A stretch of DNA of 64,000 nucleotides from Bacteroidaceae bacterium (GTDB lineage Bacteria > Bacteroidota > Bacteroidia > Bacteroidales > Bacteroidaceae), in NCBI GenBank assembly GCA_016302965.1, contig JAEDMP010000002.1, positions 5,358 through 69,357 of the forward strand, read 5' to 3'. Shown in pieces: positions 27,155 through 37,608 of the stretch. The translations under genes were made by a program, and so were the position numbers. A model generated the notes under the pieces. The model was not told the origin of the DNA and did not search any database. It worked only from the letters and a program-made list of their open reading frames with translations. How positions within the stretch are numbered: position 1 is the first letter of the stretch; each line of letters opens with the position of its first letter.

Positions 27155-29290
27155 TTAATACCAGTCTTCTGAATAGGTGTCGTTGTTGATGATGCTGGTG
27201 GGTACCAACTCGATGAAGTCGAGCTGCCACTTCAGGTCTTTGTCGTCAATCACACTCTTGAGACGGAACCAGTGTTCGTCGCTCTGGCGGTAATGGTCGA
27301 TGCCCAGCAGCAGGCGAAGCGTGGTCAGCGTGGGAGCCTCACCACGGCAGTTCACGCCCTCTGCATCACCGCTGGTCACGTTGGTTCCGCCGAAGAACAT
27401 GTACGGGCCACGCATGTAGCCACGGTTGCGCATGGCTTGGTCGGAAGCGATACCCATGTCCTCCTCCTCGTAGAACTTGGTCCATCCGATGAGGGGGTCG
27501 TCGGCCTGGATGCGGGCATCGAGAGGGATGCCCAGGGCAACCATCGAGTTCTTGGCGCTGCTCTTACCCATATAGAACTGCATCATGCCTGCATGGTCCA
27601 TGGGGGTGTAGAAAAGGCGCAGCTCGTAGTCGCCTGTGGGAACTGGCGGAATGCGGATGGCCAGGTCATAGTTGCCCCAGCCCTGGAAGGCGTCGGCCTG
27701 GTAGGCACGATACCATCCCTTCACATTGTAGCGGAGAACGGTCTCGCTGCTGTAGCAGACCACGTTGTCGAAGAAGTTGAGGGGGAAGGCGAGACGTGCA
27801 CCATGCCCGCCGCCGTTGATACCGCTGGCCTCGTTTACCGACAGATAGCGGAAACCGTTGTTCACCAACTCGGGCAGGAAGGTGGAAGAGTCGAAGCGCA
27901 GACGCTCTTTCAGTACACCGTTGGGCACCTTGCTGTCATAGACGAGCATGCCTTTCAGCGGAATGATGTAACCGTTGCGGGTGTTCGACTTGTCCTTGAT
28001 GCTCTCGTCGGGGTTCTCCACCTCTACACCCTCAAACTGTACGGGGTGCATCGCATCCGAACCATAGGTGCCCACCTCGTCGGTCAGCGTGTTGTTCTGA
28101 ACCCATCGGTTGATATAGATTCTCGAACCCCTCTTGTTGCGGGGATTCCAGATTTTCATCAGTGTGCTGGGAAGCATGGTCTCGTAGTAGTCATAGGGCT
28201 CGCCACCGTTGCAGTAGTTCCACAGCAGACCGGCGGGAGGATTGCTGTTGCCGCTGCCCGGCTTCAGGAATACCAGCTGGTTGTAGGGCATACCGCAGTA
28301 GAGGATGTGATAGGCCACGAACATGTTCACCACATTGAAACGGTTGGTGTAGTCGGTTCCTGTACTGATGTTGATTCCCTTCTCGGCGGCGTAGTCATAC
28401 CAGGAGGTGGCATCTCCATACGTCTTCTTGCAGTAGTCCACCAGGTCGTCGAACGACTTGATGCCGTTGGCGTTCATCACGGCGTCGCTTTCTGCAAACA
28501 CGGTGAACTTCACGTCACAGGTCTTGGGCCAATAGCATTCGGCGTTGTTGGCTGTCACGTCCGTTGCATCCGACAACTCATACTGGATGGGCTTGCCATA
28601 TTCGTCTACTTTCTGAACGACACTGATGGAGTCATCCAGACCTGTCAGACGAAGGGCTTCCGCAAAGATGGAGAATCCTTCGAGATCGGCAAAGACATCA
28701 CTGATTTTGCTGTTGTTGCGGGGTACCACCTTGTCCAGACGGTAGAGGATACCATTGCTGGCCTCCACCTCACCCGTCACGTCGTTGCTGCCAATGATCC
28801 GGGCTTGGCTGTTGAGCAGGATCAGACCCTCCTCATCTACACTGCTGGTCATGGCGCGCCGCAGCATGGTGGTGATGGTCTTGCCGTTACCGCCCAGGTC
28901 GCTCAGCGGCTGCGGCGTTGAGGCCAGGTGGTAGAGGGCGATGTCGTTGCACAGACTGTCGGAAAGTCCCTCAAGCGAGTTCTCCGTCATGGAGTTGTGA
29001 TTGTCAACGGTCTTGTCGTTATACAGGCTGTCGATATAGGCGGCTACTGCCTCGTTATTGGGGGCGAAGCAGGTATATTGGCCGTATGACTTCATCATGC
29101 GGTCCATGCCGCTACGCTGCAGGATATAATTGAAGGAGGTCAATGAGCTGTCGTTGTCAATCATCGACCCGATGGTCTCCTGCGTCTCTGTGAAACGGCT
29201 CGACTCATCCGGCTCCGGATTACAGGCAGCCATCATGGCTGCTGCAAGGGCCAAACCGCTTACGAATGATTTATTTTTGATGATATTCAT
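27155..29290 (-). CDS. Fasciclin (FAS1) domain lipoprotein
   Basis: Lipobox MAAC-NPEPDE; YTCFAPNNEA, ASNGILYRLDKVV, FTVFAESD, RNGYI. Confidence 0.82.
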   Translation of the reverse strand: MNIIKNKSFVSGLALAAAMMAACNPEPDESSRFTETQETIGSMIDNDSSLTSFNYILQRSGMDRMMKSYGQYTCFAPNNEAVAAYIDSLYNDKTVDNHNSMTENSLEGLSDSLCNDIALYHLASTPQPLSDLGGNGKTITTMLRRAMTSSVDEEGLILLNSQARIIGSNDVTGEVEASNGILYRLDKVVPRNNSKISDVFADLEGFSIFAEALRLTGLDDSISVVQKVDEYGKPIQYELSDATDVTANNAECYWPKTCDVKFTVFAESDAVMNANGIKSFDDLVDYCKKTYGDATSWYDYAAEKGINISTGTDYTNRFNVVNMFVAYHILYCGMPYNQLVFLKPGSGNSNPPAGLLWNYCNGGEPYDYYETMLPSTLMKIWNPRNKRGSRIYINRWVQNNTLTDEVGTYGSDAMHPVQFEGVEVENPDESIKDKSNTRNGYIIPLKGMLVYDSKVPNGVLKERLRFDSSTFLPELVNNGFRYLSVNEASGINGGGHGARLAFPLNFFDNVVCYSSETVLRYNVKGWYRAYQADAFQGWGNYDLAIRIPPVPTGDYELRLFYTPMDHAGMMQFYMGKSSAKNSMVALGIPLDARIQADDPLIGWTKFYEEEDMGIASDQAMRNRGYMRGPYMFFGGTNVTSGDAEGVNCRGEAPTLTTLRLLLGIDHYRQSDEHWFRLKSVIDDKDLKWQLDFIELVPTSIINNDTYSEDWY

Positions 29291-29329
29291 AGTTGGGATT
29301 TCAAAGAGATTACTTTTCTGGTACAGGTA

Positions 29330-31105
29330 TTAGTTCTCATCGGTATACATCGGGTTCTGGCGCAGCCAAGGCTTGCAGGTGAGGATGTCGCTGTGAGGTA
29401 CGGGCAGATAGAGGCGGGGCTCTTCCTTCATCTTGTTCGTGCGGGCGCTACCGTTGTCATACTTGCGTCCCACGATGTCGAGGAAGTCCTGATAGTTCTT
29501 CATGTAACTGCCCTGGTCCACCAGCATGGTGGCATAGTTGCAGGGGGTGTCCTGATGGCGGTAGTTGTAACGCAACAGGTCATACCAGCGCTTGCCCTCA
29601 AAGCAGAGCTCACGCAGACGCTCCTGCAGCACCAGTCCTTCCATCTTGGCACCGTCCTGGGCATAGCTGCTGTTATAGAGCGAAGCCGACCACTGGGTCT
29701 CGTCCAGCGAACGCTTGTACACCTGGTTCACCAGCTCGAGGGCTTCGGTCAGCGCTTCGGTATTCGTAACGCTCACGTTGTTATCGCCTTCCGTGGTTCC
29801 ATCAGATGTGGTGGCCGACTGGTTGTTCACCTTGGCCACCAGGGCCTCGGCCTTCATCAGCATGATGTCGGCCAGACGATAGATGATGAAGTTCTGGTTA
29901 TAAAGGTCGAACGTACGGTTCGGACGATTAGTGTTACCCTTGGTGGGAGGTGTACCTCCGTTGTAGTTGATGCCGGTATTTGTGTACTTGTAGATGTCAA
30001 AAGAGGTGGCTGTACCGCTTCCCACACCGATGCAGTTGTTCCAGTAGCGTGCATCATACTGGTTGATGTAGATGGCGTCCGTGGCATTGCCGGCCGACGA
30101 ATTCTTGATGCTACCGAAATTGAGTGAAGCCTGCAGATAGGGGCTTTTGCCGTCTTTCTTGTATTCGTAGTACATCTTGGCAATGGCCTCGTTGGACGAT
30201 ACCGTGTTCGTATTGTACTGAACCTCGAAGATGCTCTCTTCCGAATTCTGTGTGACATACAGGTCACTGAAGGCTCTTCCACCTAATGTCAGCGGATAGT
30301 CGAGTTTCAGAACGGTGCCGTCGGTCACTTCCTGCTGACTCTTCTTCGAGGCAATCACTTTGTCGCAATAGTCGATGCAGGCCTGGTAGTCAGCATCGTT
30401 GTGAAGTACCGAACCGCGCCAGAGGTAGATGTCAGCCAGGATGCTCTGGATAGCATCTTTCGTAATCCATCCCACACGCTTCCAGCCGCTCATCTGCGAG
30501 GAGAGGGCGTTCTTCTCAGCCTCTTGTAGGTCGGCGATGCAATACTCCAGCACCTCGGTCGGTGGCAGCTGGTTGATGACCATCGGCTGGCTGGAGGTCA
30601 TATAGGCCGTAGTGGTATAAGGCACATCACGGAAGGTGCGCACCAAGTAGTAGTAACAGAGGGCACGCAGGGCCAGCATCTGTGAGCGGTCGGTCAGGTA
30701 GTCGCCTTCGGTATACGAGGGGTCGATGTCCATCACCGCTGCTGCCTTCGACATCACGATGTTACAGTAGTTGATGACGGTATAGAGCGATGACCAGTCG
30801 GAGAAGATGTTGGTGGTCTCGATGTTCACCTCCTGAATCTGGTTGAGGGCGATATAGGTGCCGTCGGTGGCGGGCACGCCGGTGTTGAGCAGCAGTTCGT
30901 CGGAACGGAAGCCGCCCCATACAATCAGTCGTTGCTGCACGTTGGAACTGGCAAACTGTTTATAGGCACCGTTCACCATGAGGGCAACATCCGACTTCGA
31001 CTGCCAGAAATCCTCATCCACCGTCTTGTCGTTGGGCAGCAACTCCATGTCCATGCAGGAACCCATCAGGAGTGCGCCGAGGATGATTGATAGATATTTT
31101 TTCAT
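29330..31105 (-). CDS. susD: SusD/RagB family surface lipoprotein
   Basis: Lipobox MGSC; LYTVINYCN, LRALCYYYLVRTFRDVP, YRLADIMLMKAEA, ERLRELCFEGKRWYDLLR. Confidence 0.93.
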   Translation of the reverse strand: MKKYLSIILGALLMGSCMDMELLPNDKTVDEDFWQSKSDVALMVNGAYKQFASSNVQQRLIVWGGFRSDELLLNTGVPATDGTYIALNQIQEVNIETTNIFSDWSSLYTVINYCNIVMSKAAAVMDIDPSYTEGDYLTDRSQMLALRALCYYYLVRTFRDVPYTTTAYMTSSQPMVINQLPPTEVLEYCIADLQEAEKNALSSQMSGWKRVGWITKDAIQSILADIYLWRGSVLHNDADYQACIDYCDKVIASKKSQQEVTDGTVLKLDYPLTLGGRAFSDLYVTQNSEESIFEVQYNTNTVSSNEAIAKMYYEYKKDGKSPYLQASLNFGSIKNSSAGNATDAIYINQYDARYWNNCIGVGSGTATSFDIYKYTNTGINYNGGTPPTKGNTNRPNRTFDLYNQNFIIYRLADIMLMKAEALVAKVNNQSATTSDGTTEGDNNVSVTNTEALTEALELVNQVYKRSLDETQWSASLYNSSYAQDGAKMEGLVLQERLRELCFEGKRWYDLLRYNYRHQDTPCNYATMLVDQGSYMKNYQDFLDIVGRKYDNGSARTNKMKEEPRLYLPVPHSDILTCKPWLRQNPMYTDEN

Positions 31106-31120
31106 GCTACGAGTCAATTA

Positions 31121-34100
31121 TTAGAATCCAATGTTAATACTTGCGGTAAACTGCTTGGCGCGAGGTGTCTGCGACTTGTCCTCTGCCACGCCCCATCCCT
31201 TGGGAGATACCTCGGGGTCGGTGCCACTATACTTCGTCCAGCAGTAAAGGTTGTCCATTGAGAAGTAGAGCTGCAGCTGGTTGATACCGAGCTTCTTGAT
31301 CTGCTTGTTGGGGAATGAATAGGCCAGCTGGAGGTTCTGGAAGCGGACGAAAGAGCCGTCTTCCACATAGCGGTCTGAACCTTGCCAGTTGTAGGCTGTG
31401 TTGTACATGGCACGAGGCACGGGAGTCACATCGCCGTCCTTGCGCCAGCGGTAGTTCACGGTGGCACTCTGGTTGTAGGTGGTGTACATCTTCTCCAGCT
31501 CCATGCGGGCGAAGTTCACCACCTTGTTGCCGAAGCGGTACATGAAACGTCCCTTGATGCTGAAGTTGCCATACTTGAGCGTCAGGTTGAAACCTCCGTT
31601 CACCTTGGGTTGGGAGTTGCCGAGATAAACCACGTCGAGTTGGTTGATCTGACCGTCATGGTTGATGTCCTCATAGATGAGGTCACCGCCCTGGAACTGG
31701 TAGGTCTGGCTGCCTTCTCTGTAGTTGTAGACCATGCGCTTGGGCTTGCCCGTCTCCTTGTCCATCAGCACCTTGCCATGGGCATCGGTGGCTACGGGGG
31801 CCGTCTTGCCCTGGGCCAGCATATTGTTGATGTAGGTCTCATATTCGCTGGTCGTCAGTCCGTTCTCCTTGCGGTAGTTCTCCAGGTAGTCGTAACTGTA
31901 CTGGTAGACACCCTTGGAGCGGAAACCGTAGATGGAACCGAGGGCGGCACCGATGGCCACGCGCTGTACATAGCTACCGCGGCTGGTGGCTTCCCACTGG
32001 GCGTTGAGCGAGTTGAGCACGGTCTCGTTCATCTCCGTCAGCTTGTTGGCATTCTGTGCCACATTGAAGCTGGCGCTCACGGAGAATTTGCCCTTCTTCA
32101 CGATGTCACGGAGGTTCAGGTTCAACTCCCATCCCTCATTCTTCATCGTACCAACGTTGGCATAAGCCAAGGTGGGGAAACCGGTCATGGAGGGGATCCT
32201 CAACGTGGTCATCAGCAGGTCGGTGGTCTTCTTGTTATAGTAGTCGAAGTCTACCTCTACCTTGTCCTTGAACAGACCGATGTTGAAGCCCAGGTTGTAG
32301 CTTTCGGTCTTCTCCACATTCAGGTCATCCAGTTTCATGCCGTCGAGCGAGGCTACAGGTACCCAGCCGGTGGTGGGACCATACTCTGAGCCGCTGGTCT
32401 TGTAGCTGTTATAGAACAGGTAGTCCTTGCCGGGCTGCTTTCCCACGATACCCCAGCTGGCGCGGAGGCTCAACAAGGAAACAGTCTCTCGCCACGGTTT
32501 AAAGAAATTCTCTTCACTCACGTTGTAACGCAACGAAACACCGGGAGAGTGAACCCACTTGTTTTTCGGACCGAGGCGGGATGTACCGTCCATACGGTAG
32601 GAGATGTTGGCGACATAGCGCTCCTTATAAGAGATGTAACCATTGAAGAGCAGGTTCTGGCTGTTGTATTTCGAGCTGCTGCTGGTCATCGTGTTCAGGT
32701 CGGCTGGAACAGTCGGAGAGGAGAGACCGGTAGGTACCTGACGCATCGTGACCGATTGGCTGGTATAGCGCTCCGTTCCCATTTCATACTGGGCCATGAG
32801 CTGTCCGCTCCAGTTGTCATTGCCGAAATACGGGGTATAGGTCAGAGAGGTACGGCCGTTGATCTTGAAGCGGTTCGACTCTGTGGTGGATGACACGTTG
32901 TAACTGGCATCCGACCAGTTGTTGGTGGAGAGCGAGGCCGGGCAATACGTGGGTGAGCTGTTGGCATAGATGTCGAAATAGACGCGTCCGTTGAAGGTGA
33001 GACGATGTTTGCCTTCGTCGATGCCGAGCAGTTCATACTTGATGTTGAAGTCGGGGTTGATGCGGTACACCTTTTCACGCTTCGATGCCAGGTTGGCGAT
33101 GGCGACGGGGTTGCCCAGATTGCGGATATCCCTCAGTTCGTAAGAGGAGTAGTTGCCGTCGGCAGGGGTTAATTCCTTCACTACCGGATTCATGATATAG
33201 TACTCATCGGTGTTGGCACCTTCGTAGTCCTGTCTGTAGACCGACATGTTGGGCGCAAGTTTCTGGGCGGCTCCCAGCAGGTCGCTGTAGTTCTTCTGGT
33301 TGTCGGTATAGGTCAGTGAGAAGTTGGTGTTGAAACGGATGCGCTCGCTGACGTTGAAGTCCAGCGCCAGACGCGTCGTGAAGCGGTCGAGCACCTGCTT
33401 GATGATGGTACCCGTCTGATGGGTGTAGCCGGCACTGATGCGGAAGGTGGCCTTCTGTCCACCACCCGAAAGGTTGATGGAGTAGTCATGCTTCTGTCCG
33501 AACTGTGTCACCTCGTCTACCCAGTCGGTGTTGTTGTTCCAGTTTTCCGATTCTGCCCAGCGATCGCCGAGATAGTTCAACTCATAGATGTCCGTGGTGG
33601 CATTCGAAGCCTGTTGGGGATTATAGAAAGCCTCTTTCATCAGCATCGTATAGTCGTCACCATTCATCAGTTTGTAGCCTTCGGGCTGCCAGGTGCCGGA
33701 GAACATGTATTTGAAGTTGATGCGCGTTTTGCCACGTGAGCCGCGCTTGGTGGTAATCTTGATCACACCATTCGAACCGTTCACACCCCATACGGCGGTG
33801 GCGGCGGCGTCTTTCAGTACCACGATGTTGGCGATATCCTCCACGTTCACAGAGAGGAGCGAGGCATACTGTTCCTCGCTGGCGTTGGAGAAGTCGAAAT
33901 TCTCGTCGGGGTTGTCGAATATCTGCTCGTCTACCACAATCAGCGGGTTGGCATCGCCGTTGATGGTGGTCACACCGCGCAGACGCATCGTGGTACCTGC
34001 ACCGAGGTTACCCGAGTTGGACACGATGTCCAGACCGGCAATCTCACCCTGCAGGGCCTCGTCGGCAGAGGTGAACGACAGACCTTCTACCGATGACATG

Positions 34101-34504
34101 TCCATCATCTGTTGTGACACGGCCACTTCTTTCTTCGACATCATCAGACCGCCGCTGTTGGAACGCTTTGCCTTGACGGTCACTTCCTGCAGCATGGTCG
34201 ATTCGGGCTGCAGCACGATTTTGAAAGAGGTCTGGTTGCCGATAGCTACCACTTTGGTCTTATCGCCTACGTAGGAGAATTTCAGTTTGTTCTTCGGACT
34301 CTTCACCTGCATGGAGAAGTTTCCGTTAAAATCAGTCTGTGTGGCTGATACGATACGGTCGTTGGCATCCACCTCCACGACGTTGGCCATCATCACCGGG
34401 CCTTCGTTGTCGGTCACCGTACCTGATATTCGCTTGGCCTGTGCCAGCACAGCTTGACTGACTACACAGCACAAGGCAGCGAACAGAAATCTTTTGATGT
34501 TCAT
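31121..34504 (-). CDS. susC: SusC/RagA family TonB-dependent transporter
   Basis: LRGVTTINGDANPLIVVD, VLKDAAATAVWGVNGSNGVIKITTKRG, YVEDGSFVRF, C-terminal Phe. Confidence 0.95.
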   Translation of the reverse strand: MNIKRFLFAALCCVVSQAVLAQAKRISGTVTDNEGPVMMANVVEVDANDRIVSATQTDFNGNFSMQVKSPKNKLKFSYVGDKTKVVAIGNQTSFKIVLQPESTMLQEVTVKAKRSNSGGLMMSKKEVAVSQQMMDMSSVEGLSFTSADEALQGEIAGLDIVSNSGNLGAGTTMRLRGVTTINGDANPLIVVDEQIFDNPDENFDFSNASEEQYASLLSVNVEDIANIVVLKDAAATAVWGVNGSNGVIKITTKRGSRGKTRINFKYMFSGTWQPEGYKLMNGDDYTMLMKEAFYNPQQASNATTDIYELNYLGDRWAESENWNNNTDWVDEVTQFGQKHDYSINLSGGGQKATFRISAGYTHQTGTIIKQVLDRFTTRLALDFNVSERIRFNTNFSLTYTDNQKNYSDLLGAAQKLAPNMSVYRQDYEGANTDEYYIMNPVVKELTPADGNYSSYELRDIRNLGNPVAIANLASKREKVYRINPDFNIKYELLGIDEGKHRLTFNGRVYFDIYANSSPTYCPASLSTNNWSDASYNVSSTTESNRFKINGRTSLTYTPYFGNDNWSGQLMAQYEMGTERYTSQSVTMRQVPTGLSSPTVPADLNTMTSSSSKYNSQNLLFNGYISYKERYVANISYRMDGTSRLGPKNKWVHSPGVSLRYNVSEENFFKPWRETVSLLSLRASWGIVGKQPGKDYLFYNSYKTSGSEYGPTTGWVPVASLDGMKLDDLNVEKTESYNLGFNIGLFKDKVEVDFDYYNKKTTDLLMTTLRIPSMTGFPTLAYANVGTMKNEGWELNLNLRDIVKKGKFSVSASFNVAQNANKLTEMNETVLNSLNAQWEATSRGSYVQRVAIGAALGSIYGFRSKGVYQYSYDYLENYRKENGLTTSEYETYINNMLAQGKTAPVATDAHGKVLMDKETGKPKRMVYNYREGSQTYQFQGGDLIYEDINHDGQINQLDVVYLGNSQPKVNGGFNLTLKYGNFSIKGRFMYRFGNKVVNFARMELEKMYTTYNQSATVNYRWRKDGDVTPVPRAMYNTAYNWQGSDRYVEDGSFVRFQNLQLAYSFPNKQIKKLGINQLQLYFSMDNLYCWTKYSGTDPEVSPKGWGVAEDKSQTPRAKQFTASINIGF

Positions 34505-34516
34505 AGTAACTATGCT

Positions 34517-37366
34517 TTAAAGTTCATTCTTAGCTTTGAGTATCTTGTAAACCTGTACGGCTTTTGACTTGGAGTTGCCGCCGTCGTAGCGGTCGGAAGA
34601 AAGCCAGTTCATGGCCTCTGAGAGCTCGTGTATCACGCAGAACGAAGAGGTCTTGATGGCTGTCGCCTTGGAGGTCTTCTCGCCGTCAAACCAATAGTCA
34701 CGTGTCATGAGGTTGCTGTATTTGTCTGATCTGTTGGCATCGATTGTATGTACGGTTCCGTGGGCATCAGTCACCTGCAGTTTGCCGTCGCCACCGCTCA
34801 CCTGGTTCACGTAGGCGACACCCACCTCATCGGTCAGCATCGTGGAGTATTTGCCATCGGCCACCACGTTGTCGGCATATACCGATACACTCTGGAAGTG
34901 ATAACGCACAAAGTTGCGGATGATGCCCAGTTGCTCATAGAGCACGGCTTTGCCCACTTCCTGCTCGTCGCTGCCATCGGTCAGCTGGTTGAGACGCTCG
35001 TATTCCGCATCGATCTCCTCGGGGCGGGGCAGTCCGTTGTTGTAGGCTGCATCCATTGCAGTGTTAGAGGGAGCATACAGCGTATAATTATAGGTGTTGA
35101 ACATCTTCACGTTCATGTCGAGACAGGCATCGCCGATGGCATTTTTACCTGTGCCGTAGGTGCTGGTGAACACCCGGTAGCGGTCTTGGGGGCTCACACC
35201 GAAATCGTTCGGTTTGTCGCTGATACCCAACCAGTTCATCAGGTCCTCGCTTCCGTCCAGCCACTCACACAGCTCGAAGAATTTGCTGAAATGGTCTTGG
35301 TGCGTTTCCTTCAGGGTCTTGTAGACGCTGTTGCGGGGAGTCTCGATGATGCGGTCGATACGGAAGGCGACACCGTTGCGCTCGTCATACATGCCTGTGA
35401 TGTTCGACATGGGCTGGTTGTTGTCAATCTGGGCACCGCTGCCCACAACTCCTCCGTTGCGTACGTTCGACACCTTGATGGCACCACCGTTCTTGGTCTT
35501 GTAGTAGTTGTTGACGCCAAAGGTCTCACCCGCTTCCAGCACGACGGTATGGCTATTCAGGATGTCGTTGATCTGCGACTTGTAGGTCTTGACTGTGGAA
35601 ACCTCAGAGATGAAGTCACCGGGACGGTTGTTGACGATGTCGTATTTGTAGCGCTGAACCTTCAGTTGCCAACGCTTGTATTTCTCGTTGTATATATAGT
35701 TGAATTTCAAGGCTTCGGGTTCCACCTTGCCGAGCGATGCCGGGTTTACGTACATGTAGTTGGCGAAGGCGGAATCCTCGGGGATGAAGAAGGCGTAGTT
35801 GGCCTGCATGGCGAGCAAGTAATACTTGAAGTCACTACCGGCTTCCGAGCTGGGCTGTTCCACCATCCATTTCATCACCTGGAGGTCGGGATACCAGGAG
35901 GCGGGAGCGAATACCGAGCTGAACTCATCGGGAGCCACCATCTCGTCAATCTTGTAGATGACACCGTTGTTGGCAATCTTCACATCATATTGGTTATCCG
36001 CCTTTTTGTGGAGATTGTTGAGGCTCACGGCCAGATACTCGCCACCATCGCTGGGCAGGGTAGAGAACTTGCTGGGTACGGAGCCGGCAAAGGAGCTGTG
36101 CTGCAGGTTGCGGATAATCTTCGACAGCACGTCGGGTTTCTTCACATAGAGCGTGTCGAGGTTGTCCTTCAGGTTCTCCTCTTTGTTGGGCTTGCTGCCA
36201 TAAATGTCCATGAAGAAGGAACCGGCACCTCCGGGGAGGAAATAGTTCTTGATGGCTTCGTCAGTAGGAACAAACATGGCTGCGATGTCAGCGATGGAGT
36301 TGTCGGTGGTTCCCACCTGTTTCATGCGGTAGGTGTTCCATCCCGGGTCAAACTTCAGCGATGCCTCCACGCGCTGGTTGTCGGGGCCGTAGGAAAGTGA
36401 CGCACCTTGGGAGTTGTCGCTGAAGTAACGTTTCTGGAAAATGGAGTCAATCAGTGGCTTGCCGTATTGGATGGCGGCGGCATTATACTTATTGGTGGTC
36501 GCAGCATCATAGTAGGGGGCGCAGAAATAGTCGAGCATCCTGCTGTAGAGCGAGGTCTCGCTGTCGCGTGCTATCTCCTGTCCCATGTTGCCCGGAGGCA
36601 ACAGCACGTTCTCCACCTGGTGGATATATCCGTTCTGGCAGGTCTTGCCGTCGGTGTAAGGCGACTTGGTGATGATGCGGTTGTTGAATACGTATGCTGC
36701 ACCGTCGGTGTAGGGCTGTCCGGTCAGGATTTCAAAGTCGCTGCCTTCGCCCACAGTGGTGATGCCATTGTTCACCATATACTCACGGGTGAGGTGTACC
36801 ATCATCGGAGTGGTGTTGTCGCTCACGATGTCGATGCCGTGGTCGTAATACTGCGTCCAGTACTTGTTGCCTTCCGGCATCTGGGCTTTGCTGTAGAAGT
36901 GGGTGATGGAGTCGATAGCGTCGATGGCTGTCTGGTGTTTCATCGCATAGCCACGCATGATACCGTCCGATCCGCTGGTGTTGGAGAGCATGCTTACCAA
37001 CATCGCATTGTCAAGCATGGACGAGTAGAGGAGCAGTTTCTTCTGAGATTCGGTGAGCTGTTCATAGGAACTTACTCCCCAGTCGTTCTGTTTGAAGAAG
37101 CGTTCAAACGCTTCGTCGTTGGCCGGGAACACCGTCTTGCTACCTGTTTTGTTCAGCGTCTCCGCATAATCCAAGTCGTTCACCAAGCGCAGGTAGTAGT
37201 TGAAGGTACCTGTCAAAGCGTTCTGATTCGGATTCTGCAATTCCGCATAAATGCTCGCTCCGAGCCACTCGGGCTTGGAGTCTGCATCCACCTCCTCGTT
37301 CTTGTCAACGCAGGAGGTCATCCATCCCGCCAGGGCGAGACTGACACAGAAATAGAGTTTCTTCAT
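34517..37366 (-). CDS. Multi-fasciclin (about four FAS1 domains) lipoprotein
   Basis: Lipobox MTSC-VDKNEE; KTVFPANDEAF, CQNGYIHQVENVLLP, AMFVPTDEAI, NNGVIYKID, YAFFIPEDSAF, RNGVAFRID, YTLYAPSN; start MKKLYF. Confidence 0.82.
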   Translation of the reverse strand: MKKLYFCVSLALAGWMTSCVDKNEEVDADSKPEWLGASIYAELQNPNQNALTGTFNYYLRLVNDLDYAETLNKTGSKTVFPANDEAFERFFKQNDWGVSSYEQLTESQKKLLLYSSMLDNAMLVSMLSNTSGSDGIMRGYAMKHQTAIDAIDSITHFYSKAQMPEGNKYWTQYYDHGIDIVSDNTTPMMVHLTREYMVNNGITTVGEGSDFEILTGQPYTDGAAYVFNNRIITKSPYTDGKTCQNGYIHQVENVLLPPGNMGQEIARDSETSLYSRMLDYFCAPYYDAATTNKYNAAAIQYGKPLIDSIFQKRYFSDNSQGASLSYGPDNQRVEASLKFDPGWNTYRMKQVGTTDNSIADIAAMFVPTDEAIKNYFLPGGAGSFFMDIYGSKPNKEENLKDNLDTLYVKKPDVLSKIIRNLQHSSFAGSVPSKFSTLPSDGGEYLAVSLNNLHKKADNQYDVKIANNGVIYKIDEMVAPDEFSSVFAPASWYPDLQVMKWMVEQPSSEAGSDFKYYLLAMQANYAFFIPEDSAFANYMYVNPASLGKVEPEALKFNYIYNEKYKRWQLKVQRYKYDIVNNRPGDFISEVSTVKTYKSQINDILNSHTVVLEAGETFGVNNYYKTKNGGAIKVSNVRNGGVVGSGAQIDNNQPMSNITGMYDERNGVAFRIDRIIETPRNSVYKTLKETHQDHFSKFFELCEWLDGSEDLMNWLGISDKPNDFGVSPQDRYRVFTSTYGTGKNAIGDACLDMNVKMFNTYNYTLYAPSNTAMDAAYNNGLPRPEEIDAEYERLNQLTDGSDEQEVGKAVLYEQLGIIRNFVRYHFQSVSVYADNVVADGKYSTMLTDEVGVAYVNQVSGGDGKLQVTDAHGTVHTIDANRSDKYSNLMTRDYWFDGEKTSKATAIKTSSFCVIHELSEAMNWLSSDRYDGGNSKSKAVQVYKILKAKNEL

Positions 37367-37547
37367 AGTCCTTGTTAATATATATATATTGTTAATTTGT
37401 TTTGAGCAGCAATAAGACATACGTTTTCAAATTGCAAAATAACAAAAAATTATGCAAATAGCCAAACAAACCTTCAATATAGTTTGAGAAAAAGGCTATA
37501 TTTTTTGAGATTATATCGATAAGACCCCCTATCTGTTCGATATTAGC

Positions 37548-37584
37548 AAAAAGAAAGGCGGCGTGTATGAACTACACGCCGCCT
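37548..37584 (-). terminator. Intrinsic terminator after the 981-aa gene
   Basis: AGGCGGCGTGTA / TACACGCCGCCT stem with TTCTTTTT on minus. Confidence 0.8.
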
Positions 37585-37608
37585 GACAGGAGAAAGTATC
37601 TGTTTGGT

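Noticed and set aside
27272..36400. Other long antisense ORFs (549 aa, 550 aa and similar; also over gyrB, TPR, ftsI, mraY)
   Set aside because: Same codon-bias artefact opposite well-supported genes
20236..37366. Invertible susC/susD shufflon (two SusCD pairs)
   Set aside because: All genes are co-oriented and full length, the two SusCs are highly divergent, and no recombinase or flanking inverted repeats were found
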